Shown: positions 52,358-64,000 of the stretch, piece after piece | Layout of the letters: every line of letters starts with the position of its first letter | How positions within the stretch are numbered: the first letter of the stretch is position 1 | Assembly (NCBI GenBank): GCA_013265495.1 | Contig: MU062062.1 | Coordinates: forward strand, 2,214,747-2,278,746 | Direction of reading: 5' to 3' | Source: Vicugna vicugna | Lineage: Eukaryota | DNA: 64,000 nt | The notes under the pieces: model-generated | Databases searched by the model: none | Told to the model about the DNA's origin: nothing | Seen by the model: the letters and a program-made list of their open reading frames with translations, nothing else | Position numbers and translations under genes: made by a program

Positions 52358-52682
52358 CTGCAGAGACAGAGAATCAGCAATCAGGACAATCACACACTGA
52401 AGAGCCGCAGCACTCAGGGCTGGGGCAGTTGGAGCCCCCTCACCCCGCCTGCCCTGTGACACATGGAGGCAGCGCGGGCTGAGGGCAAGTCTGCACTGAC
52501 AGAACAGGGGGCAGAGCAGGAACCCAGGCTGACTGGGCCCTCTCTCCCCTATACCCGCACCTGAATGATGTACTTCTGGGTCCTGCCAACTGCAAGAGGA
52601 AGTGAATACTGTCCTCCATCAAATTCCGAACTTCCTCCACACTAACCTGTAGTGTGACCCCTGCGCGAGCAGTCAGCCTTAC

Positions 52683-52778
52683 CTTTCGTTTTGAGTTGGC
52701 CCTTGCTCAGTTCTGCCCCATCAATTGCTTGTCCTTCAGCAGCTAAACGTTCATTGAGAGTCTCGATTTCTCTCCTCA
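52683..52778 (-). CDS. WDR37: WDR37 exon 4
   Basis: 96 nt, AG/GTAAGG. (L)[31 protein letters not shown], coiled-coil-like. Confidence 0.96.
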
Positions 52779-53239
52779 CTGAAAAGTAAAACATGTACTT
52801 CTTACATATACTCACCAAGCCCAGAACTGAGCTCATAAAAATGTTACATTTTATTATCGTCTAAACAAAGACACAAATGACACCCCAATCAACAAGGTCA
52901 TGTTCACTAAGTTTCAAAAAACTCAAAGACGTCATTCCAAGAATAAAAGCCCCAACGCCCTTCCTGCACCAGGAAGACATTATGCTACCGGGTCCTCTTG
53001 GATTTCAACACAGTTCCCTCCCTTCCTCTGTACTTTATTCTACACACCTGAAAATGTTATTCCGGTATTGTCTGAAACTCAATGAAATATTCACAGTTTA
53101 GCTGAGAACACTGAAACCGGGGGATAAAAACACACAAAAATCAATGTAACTGGCTACTGCCTGGCACACAGCACCAAGAGAGGGTTACACACCTCAACGA
53201 TTAAAAGTTCAAGGGAAGTTAAGAAAAGTGAACAGGAGC

Positions 53240-53366
53240 GGGGAGGGTGTAGCTCAAGCGCTAGAGCACGTGCTTAGCACACATGAGGTCCTGGGTTCAG
53301 TCCCCAGCACCGCCTCTTAAATAAATAAACCTAATTACCTCTCCCCACCCCCACTCCCCCAAAAAG
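53240..53366 (+). mobile_element. vic-1-like SINE, WDR37 intron 3
   Basis: ggggagggtgtagctcaagcgctagagcacgtgcttagcacacatgaggtcctgggttcagtcccc...; perfect 15-nt TSD gaaaagtgaacagga at 53223-53237 and 53367-53381. Confidence 0.92.
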
Positions 53367-54754
53367 GAAAAGTGAACAGGAAGCACAGAAGCACAGGGAA
53401 TGGGGAACGAAGAGGACGGAGGCGTCATGAAGACGAGGAGAAGCAGACACTGCAGGGACGAAGCTGACGCTGCTGTGCTTTCCCGGCATCAGGCCCAGGG
53501 CCACCTGTAGATGGAGGCCGCTGTCCACGGGCAGGAGGAAGGAGGCCCAGCTGCGGAAGGGCTCGCCCACGGACACGAGCAAAGCACCGATGCAGCGCGA
53601 CCCTGGCCTGGCCACTCATCCGGCCAGTGCTAAGGCCCTGTGCCTGCCACCAGCCACGCCACACCGCCTCCCAGGGCCACTCACATCTGCTCAGCGTGCA
53701 GGGAGCACAGGCGAGGTCAGCCTGGACGAAGGCTGAGGGCAAAAGAAAGACTCAGAACAGACCCAGTCTGAGCAACTTCAACACGGTCACAAACAGCAGG
53801 AAGCCACCAATTAAGCAATCGACAGTTTGGAAACTCCAAGTACCTCCAGCATTAGTCATTTGTAACCTGTAATTTTTCTTGAACAAACTGCATCAACTCA
53901 TAAAACACAGGGCCTTGGATCACAGTGGAAAATCAACAGTGCTTCAGTTGCTGCAGCTCTGACACCTAACCCTGAAAACCAGGTGCAGTGCGTGGGATCT
54001 AACTTTTATTTTTTGTAAAAAGTTCAAATAATTTCTCACTCTGTAGATTTTCAAGGTGGGCTTCTAAGGAGAATTCAATATTAAAACATTAAATTGTGCA
54101 TCAGCAAAGTTTACATGACACAGGACCACCAAACACTTAGCTCCAGAGTGAAAAGTATCTTCACAACACAAATGCTGTTTGTCAGTATTTGATTTTTGGA
54201 ATCAACTTACAAAGCGTGAAAGATTGATAATAAAATTTGCATTAGACAAATGTAGCCATAAACACAAGCCCTCTAAAAGTAACAAAAACTGAAAGTACTA
54301 GAGCAGAGATGGGGTAAAGGACAGGTCCACTTCCTAACACTGTCAGTGAGGCATGAATGTGTGCAGCCTGAAGCTGGCACAGCTGAAATAGTTCATTTAA
54401 ATTTACAAGCATAATTATGAGAAAACTAAAAGCAAGAAATGCAGAAAACGCTTTCCTCTGCAGAGTGGGATGAGCTGACAGGCGGGGAAAGGGAACCTTT
54501 CCTTTTCATACTTATGGTTGCTTAAGCAAATGAAAGCACTGCTTCTAAAATTTAAAAAAAAAAAAAGGCCTGGCTACTTTAAAATTCTTTTGATTTACCT
54601 TTAACAAGTCAAATAGATAACACATACATTTTAGAAAATTCTCTAAATATGGTATATTTTAAAGAAAAACAAATCAACAGTTTCTCAATGTACAGTATAC
54701 TTTGTATAGGAGAAGTTACAAGATGCATTTGTTCCTCATAAAATCCTAACTCGG

Positions 54755-55160
54755 ATTGGCAGGGATGGCTGGCAGAATACTGCCTGCCCCAGAGATAAGC
54801 TGTACGTGTGACCTCGTGGCAAAGGCACCTTGCAGGTGTGACCGAGGGAAGGACCTCTGATGGGAGATGACCCTGCATGACCCATCCTTCCCACGTGCTC
54901 CCAGGAGAGGGTCAGAGATGCATGAGGAGCCGCTGACAGCTCTGACGGTAAAGAGGGAGGAAAGCCAGCCAGATGGGGCCTGTGTCCTCAAGCTGAGGGG
55001 AAGTGGAGTCCGCCACAACCAAACAAGTGGGAGCGAGTCCCCCCCGATGCCCCCAGAAGGAGCACAGCTCTGCCAACACCCTGATGTGAGGGTGCGAGGC
55101 TGCAGGACAACGCCTGCGCTATCCTGAGCCCTACAGTTTGTCAAAACTGAAAGGGACACA
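54755..55160 (+). mobile_element. MaLR solo LTR (MLT1C/D-like)
   Basis: gtgacctcgtggcaaaggcaccttgcaggtgtga ... ccagaaggagcacagctctgccaacaccctgat. Confidence 0.55.
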
Positions 55161-55233
55161 GTGGTGAACACCTGCCACAAGTTCAACTCTCAAATCTTCA
55201 TATGGATAAGCAAAAAGTTACAAAAGGCTATTA

Positions 55234-55440
<207 letters not shown>

Positions 55441-57619
55441 TTACCTTAATTAAACTTTAATTTACTTAATTAAACTTTACATAAAGCATAAAAAAGCTTT
55501 ATGCCTTTACGTATTTTATTTCTTATACATAAACACTCAAAGAACTTAAAGTTTCAAATTTCTACAAGTGAAACTGAAATCAAATTGTATCAACGGTTAC
55601 CCAGGATGGTACTTCTTCAAAACATGTAACTTTCCCTTTTACAAGGGGAGAAACAAGTGCACCTCATGCAAAAACTCCCCAGTTTGTACAGAAGGAAAGC
55701 AGTTCCCACAAACGAAATCGGAGACAGTCTTTAAGTCCCACCACATGGTATGCAAACTCACTACAATAAGCCATTTACTAACAGGACTGTCTCAGAGTCC
55801 TCACGTCTGCTGTGCTCCAAGCAGAAGAAACTGATCGTTTCCTGTAAACTCTGCTTAATACCTAAAACACTGCTGTGCGGAGGGAAAAATGAAAGCTCTC
55901 AGCTGTCAGCCACAGGAAAACATAGGCACAGGTTCCCAGGTGCGCCTGCCTCGCCTGCCGGGAGTGGGGAAGCGGCAAGCAGCAGCAGCACGGGGGCTGA
56001 ACGTGCGGGTGCGCGACCCGGGCACCAGCCGCGTTCACAAGCACTACTTTCCAGATGCCGCTGGCGTCGGGAGGCCAAGAGTCCATGTTCTGCTCTAACC
56101 TCCTCGGGGCGTGGCCTAGAGGATATTTTGTGTGGGCCCCTACCTCCCCGCAAGCACTCAGAGAATTTAACAAAATTCTTAGCAGGTATTTCTAAAATAA
56201 TGTTTCAACAGTTAACTGCTACTGTGTAATCTTCTAAGTGATTTCTCAAATTTATATGCAGAGTGAACTTTCTGATGTTTAATGAGTTGCAAATAAAAAA
56301 AGATACACAATGTTTATTAAATTCCTTCTCAGATTAACTTCTTAGGAAGACAGAAATCGTAGGCAAAATGATCTCTAATGATGCAAACATTTTAGCAACA
56401 TGTTTTACAATAATTACAGAAAGGGAAGGTAGATTTTACCAGCTACTTACAGAGATACATGAAACCTTGTTTAAAAACTGAACCTGGCAGAATTGGTAAT
56501 AAGCCTCTCAACACTCCTCTGAACACCAATGAGCACCCACCTAGAGTAACAGTGGAACTGAAATAAACCACTACTTAACACCTAACACCACGTCTGCCCG
56601 CACTCCTCATCCACCCAGCCTGCCTCACAGGGGCCGCTCCCAAGGCCAAACCTCCTCTTCAGCATATCAGTTCCTACTCACCTACACCCATGTTTAATGC
56701 TTTCAGCTCCTACTATTCAGCAACTGAAATGTTACATTCACATGAACAGTAAATACATCTTCATCTAAAATGTAACTATGACGGGAGTCAGAACTGAGAT
56801 GTCACGTTAATCTAACCTGATAAAATAAAAATGATCAATGAAGGAGACCGGCCCTGAGGAGACCTTTGCACCCGAGGCGAGTGGGAGAGCTCCGCACAGT
56901 CACCTCTGTGCTCACGGAACCGGCCCTGGTGCCGTCCGACCTCACAGGCCCCTGAGTCAGAGGTGCTGAACGTCTGATACCACTTGAGAAAACTTAAAAC
57001 AGAAAAGCTACTGTGATTCAGCAAAGCCTTTAAAAGAATCTGTCTGATCACAGCGTGTAAGAAGACACAGCGGCCCAGCCAGCGCTCCCGCAGACTCAGC
57101 TGTCTTCTGAACAAGGGCCTCCTCCCATCTCTGCACCGAGCACTACTTCCTGGAACACTTCAGATGTGAATCTAAGACATTCGACATCACCACAGAAGCT
57201 CCTCACACCCATCTTCAGTTTCCTGACCCTGCTCCCAACCCTGCCCAGAGGCACTGCACCTGGGCCCTCCCACGCCTACCATGCCTGTGTCAAGCGCGGC
57301 ACTGCCTCCTGCTGCTGCGGAACCAGCAGAGGCCCGCGCCAGCCTGCGGAGCTGCGCATTCACCAGGAGACACCGCCACGAAAACGAGGCCAGGGCCGGG
57401 TTCTGAACAGGGTTCTGAACAGCCCTCATAAAGGCTCACCTGGAGATGCAATCACCTGCTGGCTCTACATCACAATGGAGCATGCACGCACGCAAAAGGC
57501 TGGGAGCGCAGTGCCCCTCACAGCAGCTAAGTCCAGAAGATGCCAGCAGGTGGCTGTGGACTTTCCACTGCTAGAAATTTAAGGAAGTCTAACCATTTTT
57601 AAAAAGCACCTTGGACTAC

Positions 57620-57775
57620 CTGCACTGTCCAATGTGGCAGCCAACAGCCACAGTGGACTGTTTACATTTAAATGTAAGTTAATTGTTTAAATTCCTCAGT
57701 CCCACTAGCCACGTGTCTATGTGGCAGCACACACCTAGAACACTCCATCACAGAAGTTCCATGGCACAGCACTCG
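57620..57775. mobile_element. hAT-Charlie MITE (MER3/MER33-like)
   Basis: gcactgtccaatgtggcagccaacagccacagtggactgtttacatttaaatgt...cactagccacgtgtctatgtggc. Confidence 0.5.
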
Positions 57776-57797
57776 TTCAAACATTCTTTTTCCTAAG

Positions 57798-58150
57798 TGT
57801 TGTGGGCTGACTTGTGTCCCCCATCTCACACGCTGACGTCCTAACCCCCAGCACCTCAGCGTGTGACCACATCTGGAGTAAAGGTTTAAATGAGGTGCAA
57901 GGCAAAATGAAGCCTATAGGTGGCTGTTCACCCAGTATGACTGGCGTCCTCACAAGAAGGGATCAGGACACACACCCACGGGGGGACGGCTTCGTGAGGG
58001 TACAGGGAGAGGGTGGCACCAACACCCCAGGAGGGAGGCCCCAGGAGACACCAGCCCTGCCCACACCTGACCTTCAACTTCCTGCCTCCAGACCCTCTGC
58101 CAGCTGAGCGCCCAGCTGTGCTGCTGTCACGGCAGCAGGGCTCACTAGAC
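57798..58150 (+). mobile_element. MaLR solo LTR (MLT1A/B-like)
   Basis: tgttgtgggctgacttgtgtccccc...gtcctaacccccagcacctcagcgtgtgacc...cagccctgcccacacctgaccttcaacttcctgcctccaga. Confidence 0.75.
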
Positions 58151-58602
58151 TGTCCACGCCATCCTGAAGGCTCCTTAAAATCTATCATTTCATCTCCAAA
58201 CTCAAGTTAAAATGTAATCATTTCATTTATTCATCCATTCAATATGTAACAGGGTCTGAGCTGAACAGTGATCACGTGCCAGCCACGGTGCTAGGCTCTG
58301 ACTGTGCGCTGCCGCCTCCCCAGAAGCTGCCTTTCCAGGGGCCGGGTGCTCCAATACTCAAATGAGCCAATTCCTCAGATTTAAGCCATATTCCCCTGTA
58401 ACATTACGGCCAATGAATTAGTTCTAATTGTGAAGGAATGGTTATAAATTTACACATATTTTTATTTTATACATACATTATAGTACATATTTACACCTAT
58501 GTAAACATGTAACAGATATACCTACAATTTATCTTACTATAGCATATACTTTTATTTAGGCTTCACAATAATGTTCTTTTAAAACTAACACATTTTCAGG
58601 GT

Positions 58603-58750
58603 GGGGGGAGGGTATAGCTCAGTGGTAGAGGGCATGCCTGGCACGCACAAGGGTCCTGAGCTCAATCCCCGGTACCTCCATCAAAAAAAAAGTTAAATGA
58701 AAAAATAAACAAATAAATCAACCTAATTACCACCCCCACTCCCAAAAAGG
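58603..58750 (+). mobile_element. vic-1-like SINE, WDR37 intron 2
   Basis: ggggggagggtatagctcagtggtagagggcatgcctggcacgcacaagggtcctgagctcaatccccggtacctccatc...aataaatcaacctaattacc. Confidence 0.88.
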
Positions 58751-59222
58751 AAAACTACAAGCAAACTTATCCCTATCAACAAAACATCAGATCACTTAAT
58801 TAAAGGGGACATTAAATTATCAGAAAGACAGACAATGTAATAAACCACAGAAAACATACACAGTACAGCAGACACACAATAAACCCAAGAAAAGCTACTG
58901 AAAGACTGGATTCCAAAAGCTCTCCAGAGAGCAGAGATCACTATACCTGATTCTCTTCTCTTCTTGAGACAGAGACAAAAAATCTAAAGCTGCACTGGCA
59001 AAGAATGTAGATACCTGTGCGAAGAATAAAAACCAACCCAAACCATCACACCCACATTCTTCATTAAGCATGGTAAACACACTAACCTGGGGACGAATTC
59101 TGTCTCTGTGCAATTCGACCTGGTTTACGTAGGGGTGCTGTTTGCTTGGTAACCCACACTTTTTCCCTGCTCTGGAGACCTGTGTATCTCTGGCTATTTC
59201 TGAAACTTCACAAACACGATCA

Positions 59223-59412
<190 letters not shown>

Positions 59413-59754
59413 CTGAACAGATGCAGGAAAAACAGGTACTTTATTTCTGATATAGCAAAGTGAAATGAAGGAAACATAATGAACAAGGCGATTACTGCTT
59501 TTCATTCCAAACTTCCTTACTATATCAACATTTACCATGTCAATTAGAATGTGATAAATTAACGTTTTAAGGTAGAGACTATAGCCTTTGTTAAAGAGGT
59601 AACTTTTCATCAAATTTCATTAATATGCTTTAAAAAGTAAACAGCAAAGAAGGGCTTAGAATAAAGAACAGCTCTCCCTTAGCCCATCTTCTCCACACCC
59701 AGGCCTGCTCCTCAGATGGAACCCATTCTAACTGCACATTCCAGACTTCAGACT

Positions 59755-60020
59755 CTAGAGCAACGCTGTCCAAGAGAAATCCAAGACAAGCCACACATGC
59801 ACTATAAATTTTCTAGTAGCCACAATAAAAAAAAAGTAAAAATTACAGAAATTTTAATGACTTATCTAACCCAATGATAAAATAATATCATTTTCGTCAA
59901 CGTGAAAAACACTAAGGGTATTTCTGCCTCCAAACTCCAGCATGTTCCTGCATGCTCAGAATGTGGCTCGCTGGGAACCAGCCCCACTCCAAGTGCTGCC
60001 CACGGTCAGGGCTGCCCTTA
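59755..60020. mobile_element. hAT-Charlie MITE (MER33-like)
   Basis: ctagagcaacgctgtccaagagaaat...aagccacacatgcactataaattttctagtagccacaataaaaaaaaagtaaaa. Confidence 0.45.
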
Positions 60021-60229
60021 CATGTCATTCAAACATCTGCACAACCTGAACACTTTCATTCACCCATTCTGGGCATGATCTGATCATTTCCTTCTAACTA
60101 CCAAGTCCTCCCCCAAGACAGTCACATCCCTGTTGGGTAACATGGTTCTAAGCAATGTAGTTACACGTGACACCCACCCACTTCAGCCGCAGGTTCTGGG
60201 CATCACCTACTCTATTTTCTTTTCCAGCC

Positions 60230-62330
60230 TCCTAACAGGTCAACTACGCTGGTAATTTTCAAATATTTATCCAAACTTACATCCATGGAATAAATCTCAC
60301 TTGGGCATGGTGCATAATTCATTCTCTGTTCTCCTTTTGTATGTGGCTACTTGAACATTTTTTAGAATTTCATTTTGATTTACCTAAAGTGAGTTTCTCT
60401 TTCACCTAACTTTTCTTAGGGGCCAACCTAGTTTTTCATTATCTTTTCACAGCTTACCACAGTCCACTGACTGTCCACACCCTACCAGTTCCTGGTAAAG
60501 TGTAGAAACCTTATTTCCTCTGCCCCTTTGCACCCCCACCCCCACTGACAATCATCTGAAGTACTTCCTCTACACTAAGAGCCACAGCAGACAGCTATGC
60601 TTCATCCTTCAAATCTAATTTAGAGAAATGTCTATGGAGTTTACCAGTGTGTTCGTTCTTCCTGGCCCGCCTACCTCCTTACGTCACTTCCTGTTTAGAG
60701 ACTCTTCTACCCATCGTTTTAGGGTAGGTCTGCTGGTGACAAATCATGCAAGGATGTTTTCACTTGAGAGAGAACTGAGTTGACAGTTCTCTTCCTTCAG
60801 CACTTGAAAAGCATGCTTCTTCCTCCGGGCCTTTGTAGTTTCTGATGAGAAACCCACCACAGGTGAAGTGATGTTCTTCTTTTGCTGCTTTTTCATCTTC
60901 AGTTTTCAGAAGCTCAACTATGATGTGCCTAAGCATGGATTTCTTTGAGTTTATCTTGTCTCGGTTTCACTAAGCTTCTTGAATCTGCAGGCTTGCCAAA
61001 TCTGGGGAATATTCGGCCAGTATTTCTTCAAATCCATGTTGAAGAATATGAGGACTTCCGGGGACTCCGACAAGAATGGCAGGTCTCCTGTTACAGTCCT
61101 ACAGCTTCCTGACTGTCTGCTTTCTCCCAGTCTGTGTTTTTTCTCTGTTGCTCGGATGGGATAGTTCCTGTTGTTTTAGCTTCAAGGTCACGGCCTCCTT
61201 CCTGTCCCTCCATTCTGCTGAGCCATCCATGAGCTCATCTGAATCTCAGTCCTAACACGTCCATTTGTTTCTTACCTATATCCTCCATTTCCTTCCTGAG
61301 ATTCCCTATTTTTCATCAGTTTCAAGTGTTAGGATCTGCTCATCGAAAAATTTTGATGATGGCTGCTTTAAAATCCTTGTCAGATAACTGTAACATCTGC
61401 ATCATTCCGGTGTTGCTGTCAGCTGTCTTTTCTGATTCAAGTTGAGATTTTCCCAGCTTGTGTGGGAAATCTGATTATCAACTGAAGTCTCAACACTGTG
61501 GGTACTGTGACCAGACTTGGGAACCGATTTAAGTCTCCATGTCAGCAGACAGCCGGCAAAGAAGGGTGCTGCCTTGTTTCCGCCAGGTGGATGTGAGGGT
61601 GGAGATGGAAGTTAGGGTTCCCCACTGCACCACCGCTGGCCCAGGGTGGAGGTCCTCCCCACTACTGCCGGGCGGGGTTAGAGTTCAGCCTCTTCCCTGG
61701 CCTCCACTCATACCACCCAGGCCGAACCAGGGGTGCCTGGTTACTGCAACTTACACGGCCTCACTACCAGCGGGTGACGGTAATATTCCTGAATCTCTAC
61801 TAAGCTTCTTCTGAGGCCACCCAACAGGAAGAGGGAGGATGCTCTTTGCGACCACCCAACAGATGAAAATCCCAGCTCCTCACCAGGCCTCTGATCTCAC
61901 CAGGCACAGAGAGTCGCCTCAGCACAGCTTGTCAAGGGTGGAAGTCTAGATTCCCCAGCTGGCCATGACAGTAAGGGTGAGGTGGGGGCGACAACGTTTC
62001 CTAAACATGTCCTGTCTGGCAGGCTGTCCCTTTCCTGGTCTTTCAGTTAGAGATCAAGCTTTTCTTAGGGCTTGTCTGAGCCCTTTGGAGTTGCTGGGTT
62101 GCTGGCCTCTCCAGGCGCAAGGCTGAGATGTTCGGAGCAAAAAGAAAACTCTGCTCTGGGACACCACGTCTGTGTCACTTCTCAGGACCCCCTACTGAGC
62201 CAGTCCATTGTCTTCTCTGCACTGTCAGTCTCAGGTTTGTTTTATTTATAATGGCCGTGTTTTTAGCTGAAATTAGTGGGAGGAACAGGAAAGGTACATC
62301 TACTCCAAAGCCACACGTCTTTTGAGTCTC
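60230..62330 (-). mobile_element. Old L1M fragments in WDR37 intron 1
   Basis: ggaataaatctcacttgggcatggtgcataat, ctatgatgtgcctaagcatggatttctttgagtttatcttg, cttcttgaatctgcagg are antisense L1 text. Confidence 0.55.
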
Positions 62331-62859
62331 AAATTATGCATGTTTAGGGCTTCTTTTAAATGGCAACAGAAAAGTCATATTTTATTTTACAACACAGTAA
62401 ATTAGTTCTGTGTGTTTGAAATCCATTAATTCACTAAAATTATCATTTATCTTCTGCCGCATTAAATAGACAAAATTTAACTCTCAAATCTTTTTTTAAA
62501 AGGACGCAAAAATAGGAATAAAATAAATGCCTTTTTAATCTATAAAATTTTCATTTGGTTTAAATCTTCCATTCTCTTCACTTTTTTGGATAGTCTGTTT
62601 GTCAAAGCAAGTCACAAGGCCAACCTAGACTCAAGTGGAGAACAGACAGACCTCACCTCTTGCTGGGAGAATGAGAATCTGTGGCCCTCTGTATCCATCA
62701 CTCCTGATTCCACTCACAAGTTCTGGCTACACACTAAGTAACAATCTGCTTCTCTAGAACCCATCAGTGAATGGAAATAAGCTTCCTGTCACTTCAGGTA
62801 TTTAGTGGTGTTACACAGATAAAAATAATCAAAGTAAGTTAATCATCCCACTCAGAATA

Positions 62860-63960
62860 AAATCCACAGCACAGCACAATGCTCAGGAGCGAGCTTTGGA
62901 GCCACACAGCCCTGAGCCCCCACCCCCAACTCCTCAAAGGACTGGCTCTTTTTCATCACGAAGCCTCGAGCTTAGAAGCTCCTTCCTCAAAACGGCCTCC
63001 CCAGACCACCACGAGCCACAGCGCTTCATGAGCCTCACCCACACTTGTCCTTAGATCTCACCTGCAGTTGCGGTCTGCTCACTTACTGTATCCCCAACTA
63101 CACCATCAACACCATGAGGACCAGAACATACTCAGCTGGGGCCGCTACTGTATTTGCTGGGCCTGACAAACACATCCTCAAACATCTGATGAATGTGTGA
63201 GTGAACAGGAATGAATGAATGGCACATCCACCACTGACAAGCCATGAAGCCTTGGTCAAGGTACTTACCACCTTCCCAAAGCTTAGTTTTGTCACCTTTA
63301 AAGCAGGAAAAATAACATTATTTCATTAAGTCACTCATCAACATTCTTCTCATCTGTAACGGCCTGAGTACTGGCAACATTGTACTGAACAAAACAGGTT
63401 TGGTCCCTACCTTCAAGTTCCTTAGAGTTGAGTTCAAACACAGACATGAAATCCAGAACCTCTTAACTTATGAGAAGTTATAAATTGGGATGAGTGCTAT
63501 GAAAAACATGCAACTATTACAAGACCCGATATTAGCTAAAGGGTTATGAAGGTCATTCTGAGAAAAAGGCATCTAAATTGAGACTGAAGAATTCTTAACA
63601 GCTAACCACAGGGAACAGGGAAGTAGGTATTTGAAGGACAGGAACAGCATATGCAAATGCCCTGAGCGGGGGTGAGACTGCTTTAGCTAAAAACTAAATA
63701 CGGCTGCTGCAGCACAGGGAACAATGGAGAGAATGGTGCGAGATAAGCAGAGACAGGCTGAGAGTCTGCTCTTCCATGTTCACAGTTTATCCTAAAATAA
63801 AAGGAGCTTTTAAGCAAACAAGCAACATTAGATTGGCTGCTATGTGAAAAATACACGAGGCCTATGATGACTCTGAACAGGGAAGCCAGTTAAGAAGTTA
63901 CTGAATTAGCCTAGGCAGTAAGTGGTGACAGCTAAGATTAGAGGGCAGGTGAATGGACTG
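62860..63960. mobile_element. Cluster of MIR and L2 fragments
   Basis: MIR-like ccttggtcaaggtacttaccaccttcccaaagcttagttttgtcacctttaaagcagg; L2-like tgaatgtgtgagtgaacaggaatgaatgaatg and gaacaaaacaggtttggtccctaccttcaag. Confidence 0.5.
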
Positions 63961-64000
63961 GGTGGGGGCCAGCGGGGAAGGAGAGAGAGGTAGCAAGGAG

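Noticed and set aside
57543-57556. CTCF-like CCAGCAGGTGGCTG
   Set aside because: Mismatch at a core purine position; unsupported without ChIP data.

Overview
Mammalian genomic DNA, very probably a camelid (camel/alpaca/llama), judged from five tRNA-derived SINEs of the camelid vic-1 type. The window holds two convergent (tail-to-tail) genes. On + are the last three coding exons and long 3'UTR of ADARB2 (ADAR3): 1299-1480, 7468-7646, 8747-8923, with a likely distal poly(A) signal at 13400. On - is the complete CDS of WDR37: 13 coding exons from ATG 59372 to TGA 24587, 1485 nt = 494 aa, all introns GT-AG, poly(A) signal near 22380; its non-coding first exon lies beyond the window. The rest is GC/CpG-rich intron and intergenic DNA with decayed L1, L2, MIR, MaLR/ERVL LTR and hAT fossils. 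Nearly all ORF-track entries are spurious GC-rich frames. I found no convincing new biological system. The best leads are: (1) an inverted vic-1 SINE pair bracketing WDR37 exons 4-5, a lineage-specific circRNA/A-to-I substrate geometry, with stop-free or translatable circle options; (2) Asp at the ADAR3 position where human has Gln733, one of the substitutions used to activate human ADAR3; (3) GC-biased rewriting of L1 fossils and coding exons; (4) a NAGNAG acceptor at WDR37 exon 10. Exon numbers follow the human genes. Human, mouse and ADAR2 comparisons and repeat family names are from memory, not from a search, and repeat boundaries are approximate.
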